From Heterodontus francisci (lineage: Eukaryota): DNA of 64,000 nucleotides. Where the stretch lies: assembly GCF_036365525.1 (NCBI RefSeq), contig NC_090405.1, forward strand, positions 52,120,308 to 52,184,307, in the 5' to 3' direction. Shown in pieces: positions 29,801 through 41,800 of this stretch. Position numbers and translations under genes: made by a program. The notes beneath the pieces are model-generated. The model was not told the origin of the DNA. It ran no database searches and worked only from the letters and a program-made list of their open reading frames with translations. Positions within the stretch are counted from its first letter, which is position 1. Each line of letters opens with the position of its first letter.

Positions 29801-32800
29801 GGAGAAAGATGGATGAAAAATGGTTGCTTGGCCTGTTTCTGTGTGGTACACACTGTGTACTTTTTAATACCTTGGTGATGTACTGTTGGCAGATCAGGCG
29901 GTCTCCTTGTTTAATATCCTTTAGGTTTCTGGTAATGAAAATCCCCCGGCCCTGACACCCACAGTCTGGTTTACAGATATATGTCTTGGTCTTCTTCATC
30001 CTGCAGTAGGCTTGAAAATCACCAAAACTGTACAGTATACAAACAGAATATTTAAAAGATCACATGATAAACATCTAAATAACACCAACAAATATAGGTT
30101 TCATCTTCAAGTTCCCAAAAGGTCAAGACTAAAGACTAAATTTAGCAAGTCCTATAACCAGGAGACCAAAGCACCAATTCAATTGACCTACCTTTTCAAC
30201 AAGCTACCAATTCCCCCAACCCAAACACGAGAAACCACCTACTTCTGCAATACATTCACAAGATGCCCACACAACACAATGCAATGTCTCAAAAAACAAT
30301 ACTATAAATGGCCAGCTAAGAGTGGGAACATCCCCAAATCAGCTGGCCAATTTCCTCCCTGAACAAATACCAATAAACCACAGTTTAACTGGTTATTCAT
30401 CTCATTACTGTGTGTGGGACCTTGCTGTGCACTCACATATATAATTACACTTCCAATAGTTTATTGCCTATTAAGTGGTTTAGAGTATCCTGAGAAATAT
30501 GATGAGGTGCGATAGAAATCTTTTTTACTCAACCACAGCTTCTCATCTTCACCCAACCACCAATAAGATTGCACATGCATTTCATTGGGCTGGACTCTAT
30601 GATGCCACCGCCCAGCAAGCCATAAAATATGGCGGCCCTCATGCGCAGTCACCGGCGCCATTTTTTAAAGGGCTTCCAGTCCTTCAGCTACAGTTAAAGT
30701 TTTAAAGTGACAGGATTTCCAATAAATTAAAATAAAATTTTATTCACACTTACAATTCCCTCTCCCACTCACCACCCCCCCCCCCACTATGAATAATCTG
30801 TTTATTATTTGTCCTCTACCCCCCCAAAAAAGTAAATTTTCTATCACGACCTTTCCCCCCCCCCGAACTTTCTTTCCTTTAACCTGAAGCCCCTTCCACC
30901 ATCTCCTCCCGCTCCCCCCCACTCCACACTGAGAAACTTACCTCCTCCCCCCCTCCCCACAAATGGTGCGCCTCGTTTCCCCGGACAGGGACTCGAAGGT
31001 GCGGTAGTGACGGCCACTGGGATGAAGATCGCGGCAGCACTTCAGGAGGCGATGGAAAAATCATTAATGCAGGTAAGTAAATGAATTTGAATATTTAAAT
31101 TACGATCCTGTCGCCGAGCGGCTGGGGGTGTGAGGGGGGGGGGGGGGTTGCGCCAAGAGGCCTCGCCACCGTTGTCAAGATCGGGACAGGCCCTGCCAGT
31201 GACGGGGTCGGTGGCAGGCCTTGTGCCACCCGCCACCCACCCCCCCCACCCCGCGCCAGGGATCCAGACGTCGAGGGCTCTATAAAATTCAGCCCATTGT
31301 CAGTTCTAAGATCACTCACTCAGCAGGTAAGCACCATGTACGTGGGAAGATGTTATATTCCTTTGGGAAGAGTTTCAGCATTCTATTCAAATTCCTGGCC
31401 AGGAGATCCTTCCTGCAAATCTCGCTCATTCCTGGGAAGTGATTGATTTTCTGCAGAAATGTAAAGAAATACAAAAATCAACAATCACACACACCAGATA
31501 ACTCTGAAAGGAAAGGGGAATGTAGACCAGGAACAACTGGAGAGAAGACAAGTTAAATTAAAAAATAAATAGTGATGAGGTGTCATCGACCTGCGTCTAA
31601 AAGCCTCAGATAGTAGGATGAAGGGAAGGCTGAGGAATACACTGAGTTCAATAGTATGGGGCATGAATAAATTGGTGGAGGAGATGTGTTGGTGAAGCAC
31701 TGCTTCAGCAGGCAGAATGGCATGTCTATGGGTTGGGAGAAGCAAGAGATGAACATTCAGGGAAGTTATGACCATAGCAGTATTGATAAGAGGTGGAGAC
31801 ATGATTGCAATAGAGATAGAACACCTGGAAACTAAAGATGAGAGAAGGATCACCTATCAGATAATAAACTTTTTCTTGTAATTAAATTCAAAATTCTAAG
31901 AATATATTCTGTTTTTTCCTGCAAATATTTAGCTTAAATAAAAAAAAAGAAAGGCATCATTTCAGCCGGTGTAAAAGTTTAGAACTTATTATTCTTCAAA
32001 AACAAAAGGCAAGCTGCAAATCCAGAACTCTGGTGTGTCTACCTTTCATTAATCTGAAACCAATCACTTTATATTGCTTATTATCTTCTTTTCCTCCTCA
32101 GTGCCATGATCCTGACCTGAAAACATTTCATCTCCATGATTTTTTCATGAGAAACAGAGGAGTCGGTCCAGTACAATATGCATTCTTCATCCTCCCCAAC
32201 CTCCTTCAGTCCATATCGGCGAGCTGCACGGCGAACTGGAACATATAACAGAAGGTACAGACATAAACCATTGCCGTATGGCAGAGAGAGAGAGAGAAAT
32301 ACCAAAAGATGCAAGGAAAGTGATAAGAGAGATACAGAAGGAGGCAGAGATAGAGACAGAGGTAGATAGATAGAAAAGAATGAGAACAATAGAAGTGAAA
32401 AGAAACAGAGCTGGAGAGACAGAGAAATAGAAAAGAAAGCAAGGTATAAAAAAGACAAAGGGTGAATGAACAATTCAGAAGAGTAACACTGGAACAGATA
32501 AAGAAGGGAAAAGGATGGGACAAAGACAGAAAAAAATAATTTGTAAAACTTTCTAATGAATTCAGTAACTAACACTTAAGTGCAATGTAAATGGAATGGT
32601 CATCCTCACATTCAATGAGTGTGGAATAGGCTATTAAAACAGAATACCGAGCGAACTCGAGTCTTTAGGAAGCAGACTACCAGAATTTATTTTGGTCTCT
32701 AAGTCTTTTGTATATAAGAATAGAGCAATTTTAAATAAACTGCCTGACGTAGGACTCAACCACAGACACCAGAAAGGCCCTTGGTTCGATTTTTGGTATG

Positions 32801-35800
32801 TATTGAGTTATCTGATCTCACCTTGGGTAGCAATCAAGTGACACTAATTATGATTCTGATTGTTCAACCAGTATCAATAAGGGAGTAAAGGTCAGGGGTG
32901 GTGGGCGGGAAGAATTAGCCAGAGTTCCTGCCCCTGCTTGATTTCTTGTTGCAAGGTCCATGTGTGTGGACTCCAGGAACATAATGTTTAGTGCAAGTAT
33001 CACAGATAGGCCCAAATTTGGACATCCTGGCCAACACTCACTGCCTAAGCTCACAGAAGGCTACCTGTGCAAGACACAAGAGAGCAGCGGACACCCATGG
33101 AGTTGCACTCTAAAATGAGTCATCTCCTCCAGGACAGGAAGGGAGAAAATTGGAGGGGCAAAGGCCAGTATGTGTTGCTTGATCTGTGTGACTTGCCCCG
33201 GCTCCCTGATTAACCCTAATTTAATTAATACTCACCACTTTCATACTTGCAATTAAGCAGATTTATTCCAACACACCTGCAAAAAAGAAGAGGCTGAGCT
33301 CTCAATAAAATAGACAAATGTTATAGATTTCACTGTGGGAAATAACTGGCCTGTGCTCAGCATTGCCGTCTGATACTCAAAGTCTCAAATACAACACAAT
33401 GATGATATGGGGAGTAGATCGTGTTGAACAGTGTCATTTAACATGGAAGCACTAAGAGAGGACATTTCAGAGATGCAATGAGCACAGTAACAATGACAAA
33501 ATAGAGAAAAACTGTGGAAGGTTTGGGAGGCAGGAGCTGCGAGAAGGATCAACAAGGCAACAGGCTTTACTTACATTTTTCTACAAACTAGAGCAAGATT
33601 TTAGAGGATCCTTCCTCTAAAATGGGAGCAGTGTTCATACGATCCACATTAATATCGATTAATGTGAGGATGTAATCATGAGATACATTGGTCAGTGTGA
33701 GGGAGTAACCGAGGGATACACTGGGCAGTGTGAGGTTTTAACCATGAGATACACTGGTCAGTGTGAGGGAGTAACCGAGGGATACACTGGTCAGTGTGAG
33801 GTTTTAACCATGAGATACGCTGGTCAGTGTGAGGGAGTAACCGAGGGATACGCTGGTCAGTGTGAGGGAGTAACCGAGGGATACGCTGGTCAGTGTGAGG
33901 GAGTAACCGAGGGATACGCTGGTCAGTGTGAGGGAGTAACCGTGAGATACGCTGGTCAGTGTGAGGGAGTAACCGTGAGATACGCTGGTCAGTGTGAGGG
34001 AGTAACCGTGAGATACGCTGGTCAGTGTGAGGGAGTAACCGTGAGATACGCTGGTCAGTGTGAGGGAGTAACCGTGAGATACGCTGGTCAGTGTGAGGGA
34101 GTAACCGAGGGATACGCTGGTCAGTGTGAGGGAGTAACCGAGGGATACGCTGGTCAGTGTGAGGGAGTAACCGTGAGATACGCTGGTCAGTGTGAGGGAG
34201 TAACCGTGAGATACACTGGTCAGTGTGAGGGAATAGCTGTGAGAGACACTGTTATATATTGTTATACTATCTGTAAAGTGCTAGGAACCAGTTAACTAGG
34301 AACTCGTTGTTATGTGCAAGTGTTCCAGTGCGGCCACATTCATGGCTGCACTGGAGAGTCATGTGATAGTAGCAGAAAATCAGTTTCACCACTCCTACAG
34401 CAGGCAGCAAGCTGGCCGAATAAATGAAAAGCTGAAGCCTTTCTAAGTTTAAAGTGTGGCTATTTGCAACATCTGTGAACCAGAAAACAACAAGACGACG
34501 TAACATGGTGGCAACGAGTGTCAGTGAGTAAACAGAGGACATTTTAAAAGAATTAGATTGGGAAAATTGACCCAAATTAGCACCAGAGAGAGAGAGAAAG
34601 AAAAACTGAGTGACTCGTGTGAAAATGAAAAAAAAAAATGTCAGCCAGGACAGGAATGAATGCACAGCTACAGCCCATAATGAATTGGGAAGCTGATGAT
34701 GTCGTAGAGGCATTTGAGAAGTTTAAATAAAAGTGCAGATTGACATTTAGTAGTTTCCTAAAAGGCACTAATGAAGAGGAGAGGTCAGCTATATCATATA
34801 GCCACTGAATAGAGGGACCTAGGTGTATTTGTGCATAAGTCATTGAAGGTGGCAGGACAGGTTGAGAGAGCGGTTAATAAAGCATACAGTATCCTGGGCT
34901 TTATTAATACGGACAAAGAGTACAACAGCAAGGAAGCTATGTTGAACTTGTATAAGACACTAGTTCGGCCTCAGCTGGAGTATTGCGTAAAATTCTGGGA
35001 GCTGCACTTGAGGAAAGACGTGAGGGCATTGGAGAGAGTACAGAAAAGATTCACAAGAATGGTTCCAGGGATGAGGAATTTCAGTTATGAAGATAGATTG
35101 GAGAAGTTAGGACTGTTTTCTTTGGAGAAGAGAAGGCTGCGAGGTGATTTGATAGAGGTATTCAAAATCATGAGGGGTCTGGACAGAGTAGATAGAGAGA
35201 AACTGTTCCCACTCGTAAAAGGATCGAGAACAAAAGGGCACAGATTTAAAGTATTTGGTAAGAGAAGCAAAAGTGACATGAAGAAAAACTTTTTCATGCA
35301 GCGAGTGGTTAAGGTCTGGAATGCGCTGCCTGAGAACATGGTTCAATTGAAGCATTCAAAAGGGAATTAGACCGTTGTATGAAAAGGAAGAATGTGAAGG
35401 GCTACAGGGAGAAGGCAGGGGAATGGAACTGAGGGAGTTGCTCTTTCAGAGAGCCGGTGCGGACATGATGGGCCGAATGACCTCCTTCTGTGCTGTAATG
35501 ATTCTGTGATTCTATGAGCTGGAGATAAAGGATTACATTTATTTAACAGCTGGGACCTAAGTGAAGAGGACAGCAGAAACCCGGGCAAAATTTTTGAAAG
35601 GTTAAGCACTCATCTCCAGCCAAAATCAAATCGTCGGATATACCAAAATGAATTTCAAGGCCTCAGACAGGAACTAGGTGAGCCTATTAACAATTTTGTA
35701 ACAAGATTGAAAAATGCAGCCAGAAAATGTAAATTTAAAGACGCAGATGGAGGGCTGATAGATCAGCTCATTTGGGGTTCTTCACATCCTGAAGTATAGA

Positions 35801-38800
35801 AAGTTCTAATCGGAAAGGACAAGCTCACAATATCACAGGCTGTAGACACTGCCAGAGCACATGAAGCCACGAACAGACAGATGAAGACACTGACTACCCA
35901 AACGGCTAGCCTTCAGTTAAGCCAAGGGAAAGGCAGCAGGGTTGATGCAGTAAAACAACAACAAAAGAATGTACACCAGACAGAGCAAGACGTGCAGGAG
36001 CTGTGGACGACCACACGAATTGACAGTCAGAAGGAAATTTCCCGTATGTGGATCAATCTGCAGAGCTTAATGAAAGACCAATCACTGGGAAAAGATGTGC
36101 AGAACAAGGCAAGAAGTTGGTAGATGAATCACCAGAACCAGAGTAACAGAGTAACAGGGCAAATGAGTAGTGAAAGAAACCAAAACATCCATATCCTGGA
36201 AGATGACGATGGGTTTGAGAATATGATAGACCTAGGAAACATACAATTGCATGAAATGTCTGGATGTGACAGTTCCCAGAGAAAAAAAATTCACACAACC
36301 ATTCAGATCAGGAAGAGGCTGAGAAATAAGCCCACAACGATAAATCTGAAGGTGAAGATTGATACTGGAGCGCAGAGTAACATCATCCCACTCAGACTAT
36401 ACCAGAAGATCTTTCCTGAAAATTTGGAGGATAATGGTTATCCAAGGGAAGGTGCTCTGAAACCAAACAACGTCATGCTAACAGCATAAAGGGGAACTGA
36501 GATTCGACAGCTAGGAACAACCCAAATCAGAGGAACACACAAAGGAAAAGATATTAACTGTATGTTTTACGTCACGGAAACAGATGGTCCAGCTATCCTG
36601 GGGTTGAGCAGTTGTGAAGAGCTGCAGATTATCTCAGTAAACCATGAGGTGAAGGAGGCGACACTGAGGGTTGAAGACAGTACACCCATTGAAAAGCGCC
36701 CTCCAATCAGAAGCAAAGATGATATGGTACAAACGTACCCAGGGTGTTTTGATGAGATGGTTGGATGCTTTGACGATTTTGAGTACCACATCACTATTGA
36801 CCCAGTGATGAAACCAGTGATTCATCCCCCACGTAACGTACCAGTAGAACTAAAAGGAAAGCTTGAAAGAGAGCTGCAAGAAATGGAAGAAAAGAAGGTA
36901 ATCGCCAGAGTCACAGAGCCTGCAGATTGGGTAAATTCTATCGTGGTGAGAGAGAAGCCAAATGGATGGCTAAGAATTTGCCTAGATCCCAAAGATCTGA
37001 ACCCAAGCAATAAAGAGGGATCACTATCCTATTCCCACACTAAGAAAAATCATACCAGCACTGGCAGGGGCAAAAGTTTTCAGCAAGCTTGATGCCAGAA
37101 ATGGCTACTGGAATGTGAAGCTAGACACAGAATCTTCATTGTTGACAACATTCAACACACCCTTTGGACGAGACAAATTCCTGCATCTACCCTTTGGCCT
37201 CAAAGTGAGCCAGGAGGTGTTCCAACAGAAAGTAGATGAGACGTACAGGGGATGCAAAGGAGCAGTCGGCATAGCAGATGATATCCAGATATATGGTGTA
37301 GATGGAAAAGATCATGACAACCTTTTACATGAAGGCTGGGATTAAGCTAAACACAGACAAATGTATTGTGAAAGTGACAGAATGGCAGGTCTTCAGAATG
37401 GTGTACACATCTCCGCCATCTCTGGGATAGAAGCCCCAAGAGATAGGAGGGAGTTGAGAAGTTTCCTTGGTTTGATACAATACATGAGCTCCTTTATTCT
37501 GCACATGTCGGAACACACAGCAAACCTATGGGAGCTGATGAAAGAAGATGTAGAGTACTAGTGGTCAGAGTCACATGTCAGGAGTTTCAACAAACTCAAA
37601 AAGGTAGTATGCAAGGAGACAAGTCTGTCATACTACGACAGGAAGAAACCTGTCACTCTGCAAGTCGATGCTTCCACAAAAGGACCGGGAGCAGCCCTGG
37701 TACAAGAGGGAAAGCCAATAGCATTTGCATCCAAAGCCCTAACATCAGTTGAGACAAGATATGCCAAAATAGAAAGAGAGCTTTTGGCAGTCGTGTATAG
37801 ATGTGAGAAGTTCCACAAATATATCTCTATGGGAGAAAGTTCATAATGGAGAGTGATCATTGTCCACTGAGGCAGATTGACAATAAAAATCCATGTAAAG
37901 CACCAGCAAGACTGCAGAGGTTACTCTTGAGGCTTCAGAGTTACGATTTCACTCTGAAATATAAGCCAGGAAGAGAAATAGTGCTGGCAGACACCCTATC
38001 TCAGTTGTCACCACAGGAGAAACACGAGACAGAAGATCTAGGTATAACGTTTCATCACCTAGTGAATGTAACACTACCGAAACTTAGTCAAGTTAGAGAT
38101 GAGACCAGCAAAGAGTAGGAGTTACAGATGCTCTCTCAGCAAGTGATCCATGATGGCCTGATAAGATACAGCACACACGGCCAGCAATACGTCAGAACTG
38201 GTCTATCAGAGATGACCTTTCACTAGAAGATGATGTTCTGCCAGCCGGATCCAGAATAATCCTACCCAAAACAATGCAGAAAGAACCTCTCCAAAAGATA
38301 CATGAAGGCCACATGGGAATGGAGAAGTGTAAGCTCAGAGCTAGATCATATACTGGATAGGCATATACAAAGATATTGAAAATATGGTGTCTACAAGCAA
38401 TGTATGCCAGAAGTACAGAAACACACAGCAAAAGAGGAGATGATAGCTACATGGCATACTGTAGGAGTCGACTTAGTCACACATAATTGAGAACGGTATC
38501 TCATAGTTGTAGACCACTACTCAAAGTTCCCTTTTATCCGGAAGGTGAAAGACTTGAGAGCCACAGCAATCAGCTCAGCAGTACGAGTTCTGTTCACTGA
38601 GCAAGGGATTCCTGAAAAGGTTAATATGTGACAATAGCACCCAATTTACATCCAGAGAATTTAAGGAATTCGTTGACCAGTATGGGTTCAACACCATCAC
38701 CTCATCACCACACTACCCACGGGGACACGGATTTATAGAAAGACATGTCCAGAAGGTCAAAAGAACACTTGTGAAATGCCAAGAGATGGAGGAAGACCCA

Positions 38801-41800
38801 AACCTGGCCTTATTGTCACTCCGATCCACACCTCTCAAGGCTGACATGAAATCATCTGCAGAGCTATTGAATGGCAGAAAATAGAAGACTACTCTGACAA
38901 GCAAAATACATCCTTCAAGTGACCAGGAGGAAGTGAGACAAAAACTCACTGAAGCACAGGTAAGAGGACAGCAACACTTTAACAAGCATGCTAAATCCCT
39001 ACCTGAACTATTGAAAGGACAAACTGTACACGTACAGGATCCAATCATGAAATCCTGGAGCCCAGCAAAGGTTGTTGGTGAAGCTGAGACTCCAAGGTCA
39101 AATATCATTGAGACCGAAACCGGTAACCAAATGAGAAGGAACAGAATCCATATTCGACCTACACCGGAGCTGGAACAACAGAAAAGACCATCAACAACAC
39201 TGGAAACATCACTACCCAGTGAGACATTAACAACATCACCAGCAAGTGACACAACATCACCTGTACAGCGTGCCAACTCACCACTGAGAGCAATAAATGT
39301 CAAATCTACAAGATGGAGACACAACTTGCCACCCAAGCAATACCGTGAATAATATCTTTTAGAAAAAAGAATCCAGCCTATAAAAGACTCTAAAAAGGGG
39401 TTCAGATTATTTCCAAAAGTTGGTTGATAATCTTCTTTGGTTATATAGACAGTTATATTGATAAAGGGGGATTATATTTTAAAGACAGAAGGATGTTATA
39501 TATTGTTATACTATATGTAAAGTGCTATCAACGAATTAGCTAGGAACTAGTTGTTATGTGTAAGTGTCCCAGTGAGGCCACATTCACAGCTGCACTGGAG
39601 AGTTATGTGATATGCATCAGAAAACCAGTTTCACCACTCTTACAGCAGGAAGCATGCTGGCTGAATGATTAAACAAAGACTCCAGCCTTTCCAAGTTTAA
39701 AGTGTGATTATTTCCAACATCTGGGAACCAGAAAACAACAAGAAGACATAACATACACTGGTCAGTGTGAGGGAGTAACCGTGAGATACGCTGGTCAGTG
39801 TGAGGGAGTGACCATGAGATATACTGGTCAGTGTAAGGATGTAACCATGAGATATAAAGATCAGTGTGAGGGAGTAACCGTGAGAAATACTGGTCAGTGT
39901 GAGGGTGTTAATGTGAGATACACTGGTCAGTGTCAGGGAGTAACTCAGATACGCTGGTCAGTGAGAGGATGTAACGGTGAGATACACTGGTCTGTGTGAG
40001 GGAGTGACCATGAGATGCACTGGTCAGTGTGAGGAAGTAACCGTGAGATACACTGGTTAGTGTGAGGGAGTAACACAAGATATATTGGTCAGTGTAAGGG
40101 AGTAACTGAGATACACTGGTCAGTGTGAGGGTGTTAATGTGAGATACACTGGTCAGTGTGAGGGAGTAGCTGTGAGATACACTGGCCAGTGTGACTGAAT
40201 CGTTGTGAGACACACTAGGTGGTAAACTGGTCAATGTGAGGGAGTGGCTGTGAGATACACTGGTCAGTGTGAGGGAGGAGCACTGGTCAGTGTGATGGAA
40301 TAGCTGAGAGATATTCTGGTCAGTGTGACCGAATCTGCTATGAGAGACACTGGGTGATATACTGGTCAATGTGAGGCAGAAGCTGTGAGATACACTGGTC
40401 AGTGTGAGGGAGGAGCACTGGTCAGTGTGATGGAATAGCTGTGAGATATTCTGGTCAGTGTGACCGAATCTGCTGTGAGAGACACTGGGTGACATACTGG
40501 TCAATGTGAGGCAGAAGCTGTGAGATACACTGGTCAGTGTGATGGAATAGCTGTGAGATACACTGGTCAGTGTGAGGGAGGAGCACTGGTCAGTGTGATG
40601 GAATAGCTGTGATATTCTGGTCAGTGTGACCGAATCTGCTGCGAGAGACACTGGGTGATATACTGGTCAATGTGAGGCAGAAGCTGAGATACACTGGTCA
40701 GTGTGAGGGAGGAGCACTGGTCAGTGTGATGGAATAGCTGTGAGATATTCTGGTCAGTGTGACCGAATCTGCTGCGAGAGACACTGGGTGATATACTGGT
40801 CAATGTGAGGCAGAAGCTGAGATACACTGGTCAGTGTGAGGGAGGAGCACTGGTCAGTGTGATGGAATAGCTGTGAGATATTCTGGTCAGTGTGACCGAA
40901 TCTGCTGCGAGAGACACTGGGTGATATACTGGTCAATGTGAGGCAGAAGCTGAGATACACTGGTCAGTGTGAGGGAGGAGCACTGGTCAGTGTGATGGAA
41001 TAGCTGTGAGATATTCTGGTCAGTGTGACCGAATCTGCTGTGAGAGACACTGGGTGATATACTGGTCAATGTGAGGCAGAAGCTGTGAGATACACTGGTC
41101 AATGTGAGGCAGAAGCTGTGAGATACACTGGTCAATGTGAGGCAGAAGCTGTGAGATACACTGGTCAGTGTGATGGAATAGCTGTGAGATACACTGGTCA
41201 GTGTGAGGGAGGAGCACTGGTCAGTGTGATGGAATAGCTGTGAGATACACTGGTCAGTGTGAGGGTGTAGCCAAGAAAGCATTGAGATAGTGATGTTAAA
41301 ATTGTGAAGGATCAGTAAAATGTCAGTCCCAGTTTTACCTCCGTTTCCTCCTCCTTTTCTTCTTGAGCATTTCCTCTTTAACGGCTTTGTCATTTCCTTC
41401 AGGGTTCTGCATGGATGTTAACAGCTCTTGTTTGTGAAGTCTCTCGTGTTCTCCCAAATGTTTACTCTGCTTAATGTGCATCACCAACTCTTTAACTGTT
41501 ACTTTCCTTCTCAACACATCAGTTTTTTTCTCAACTGGCTCAATTTCTTCCTCTGACTCCTCATTCAGACTCTCTTCCTCATTCTCTGCTTCCTCTTCAG
41601 CTGACTCTTCCTCGGAATCACTCCTGTCCCCAGAAGCATTCATTCTGTGAGATGTACAGACTTGGTGAAAGGAGCTTATGAAAACATCCTCCAGTCTCAC
41701 ACTGACCAACAACAACAAAAATAATCTAGGTGAGCGGCACAGTGGCTTAGACCTTTCAGCTTTGCAATCTTGGATTCAAATTCAACAGAGATGCAGCAAC

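Larger units (their letters stand above)
34250..39753 (+). mobile_element. Full-length but decayed Ty3/Gypsy LTR retrotransposon
   Basis: LTRs at 34250-34505 and 39494-39753 (TG...CA). PBS TGGTGGCAACG at 34506 (tRNA-Leu-like). Purine tract before the 3' LTR. TSD gacac/tacac. Gag, protease (KIDTGAQ), RT (IADD), RNase H and integrase remnants in Gypsy order, with many stops and frameshifts. Confidence 0.95.

Noticed and set aside
32081-32575. Hydrophobic 164-aa ORF
   Set aside because: Only its last part is the real exon 4. The remainder is translated pyrimidine-rich (CT) intronic low-complexity sequence.
33678-34295. 205-aa repetitive ORF ([12 protein letters not shown])n
   Set aside because: Translation of a 30-bp intronic minisatellite that runs into an LTR. 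I found no splice or promoter support.
34506-39493. Domesticated or active Gypsy gene
   Set aside because: Multiple stops, frameshifts and a CR1 insertion disrupt gag and pol.
33677-41267. CRISPR-like appearance of repeated ~30-bp units
   Set aside because: Units are tandem with no unique spacers, there are no cas genes, and the context is a vertebrate intron.
39908-41393. Minus-strand repetitive ORFs (LTLTSVSH…)
   Set aside because: Translations of the minisatellite.
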